A DNA stretch of 31,846 bases, taken from Candidatus Diapherotrites archaeon CG08_land_8_20_14_0_20_30_16. Lineage in GTDB: Archaea; Iainarchaeota; Iainarchaeia; Iainarchaeales; 0-14-0-20-30-16. Shown here piece by piece: positions 31,757-31,846 of this stretch. The position numbers and the translations under genes are program-made. The DNA lies in the NCBI GenBank assembly GCA_002779075.1, contig PEXK01000040.1, positions 1 to 31,846 of the forward strand, read 5' to 3'. The notes beneath the pieces are model-generated. The model searched no databases and was not told the origin of the DNA. It saw only the letters and a list, made by a program, of their open reading frames with translations. Position 1 is the stretch's first letter. The number at the start of each line of letters is the position of its first letter.

Positions 31757-31846
31757 TTATTGTTTTAAAAAGCGTTTCATTGAGAGTGCATTTAATACAA
31801 CACTTACAGAACTAAATGTCATTGCAATTCCTGCAATTATAGGATT
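31757..31846 (-). CDS. C-terminal 29 codons of a heavy-metal (P1B-type, CopA-like) P-type ATPase; N-terminus lies beyond the window end; not in the ORF track
   Basis: The minus-strand translation is NPIIAGIAMTFSSVSVVLNALSMKRFLKQ*. This matches the conserved last TM helix and terminus of P1B ATPases (pattern P..AA.AMA.SSVSVV.NaLRLk). The fragment is very short. Confidence 0.55.
   Translation of the reverse strand, partial: NPIIAGIAMTFSSVSVVLNALSMKRFLKQ

Noticed and set aside
1-31846. Defence or mobile content (CRISPR arrays, cas genes, transposases, integrases, toxin-antitoxin pairs) and alternative genetic code
   Set aside because: I saw no spaced repeat arrays or recognisable motifs of these families. 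All conserved genes read through cleanly with the standard code, with no in-frame TGA, TAG or TAA interruptions, so there is no evidence of recoding. The intein is the only mobile element found.

Overview
This is an AT-rich (roughly 30% GC by eye), very compact archaeal chromosome segment. Genes overlap or sit 2-50 nt apart, and convergent stop codons overlap. Archaeal/eukaryotic-type informational genes (TFE, aRF1, Pelota, ABCE1, Dph2, Elp3, an archaeal-type initiator tRNA) and one split gene suggest a small-genome DPANN-type archaeon; that assignment is inference only. I call 32 protein-coding genes, two of them partial at the window edges and absent from the ORF track, plus one tRNA and one intein. 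There is no CRISPR array, transposase or rRNA. Five themes stand out. (1) Ribosome termination, rescue and quality-control genes are unusually dense: a Pelota-DHH-EndoIV-like operon divergent from ABCE1, an aRF1-HAD-NFACT-N operon, Dph2 and tRNA-iMet. (2) The Rqc2/NEMF/RqcH-type NFACT gene is split into an N-half (18468..19604, -) and a C-half (27410..28255, +), 7.8 kb apart on opposite strands. The break falls in the coiled-coil middle region. (3) ppsA carries a 525-aa Ser1 LAGLIDADG intein with an extra Zn-ribbon-containing insert, and a KaiC-like ATPase is translationally coupled upstream of ppsA. (4) Two divergent gene pairs have ATG-to-ATG spacing of about 52 bp and a single central TATA-like octamer, which suggests shared bidirectional promoters for leaderless mRNAs. 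(5) A metal/redox block contains a P1B-ATPase C-terminus, a DsbA-like protein, an ArsR regulator with a palindromic operator over its own start, and iscS with an IscU-DUF1858 fusion. All functional calls come from motif recognition by eye; no database search was run.
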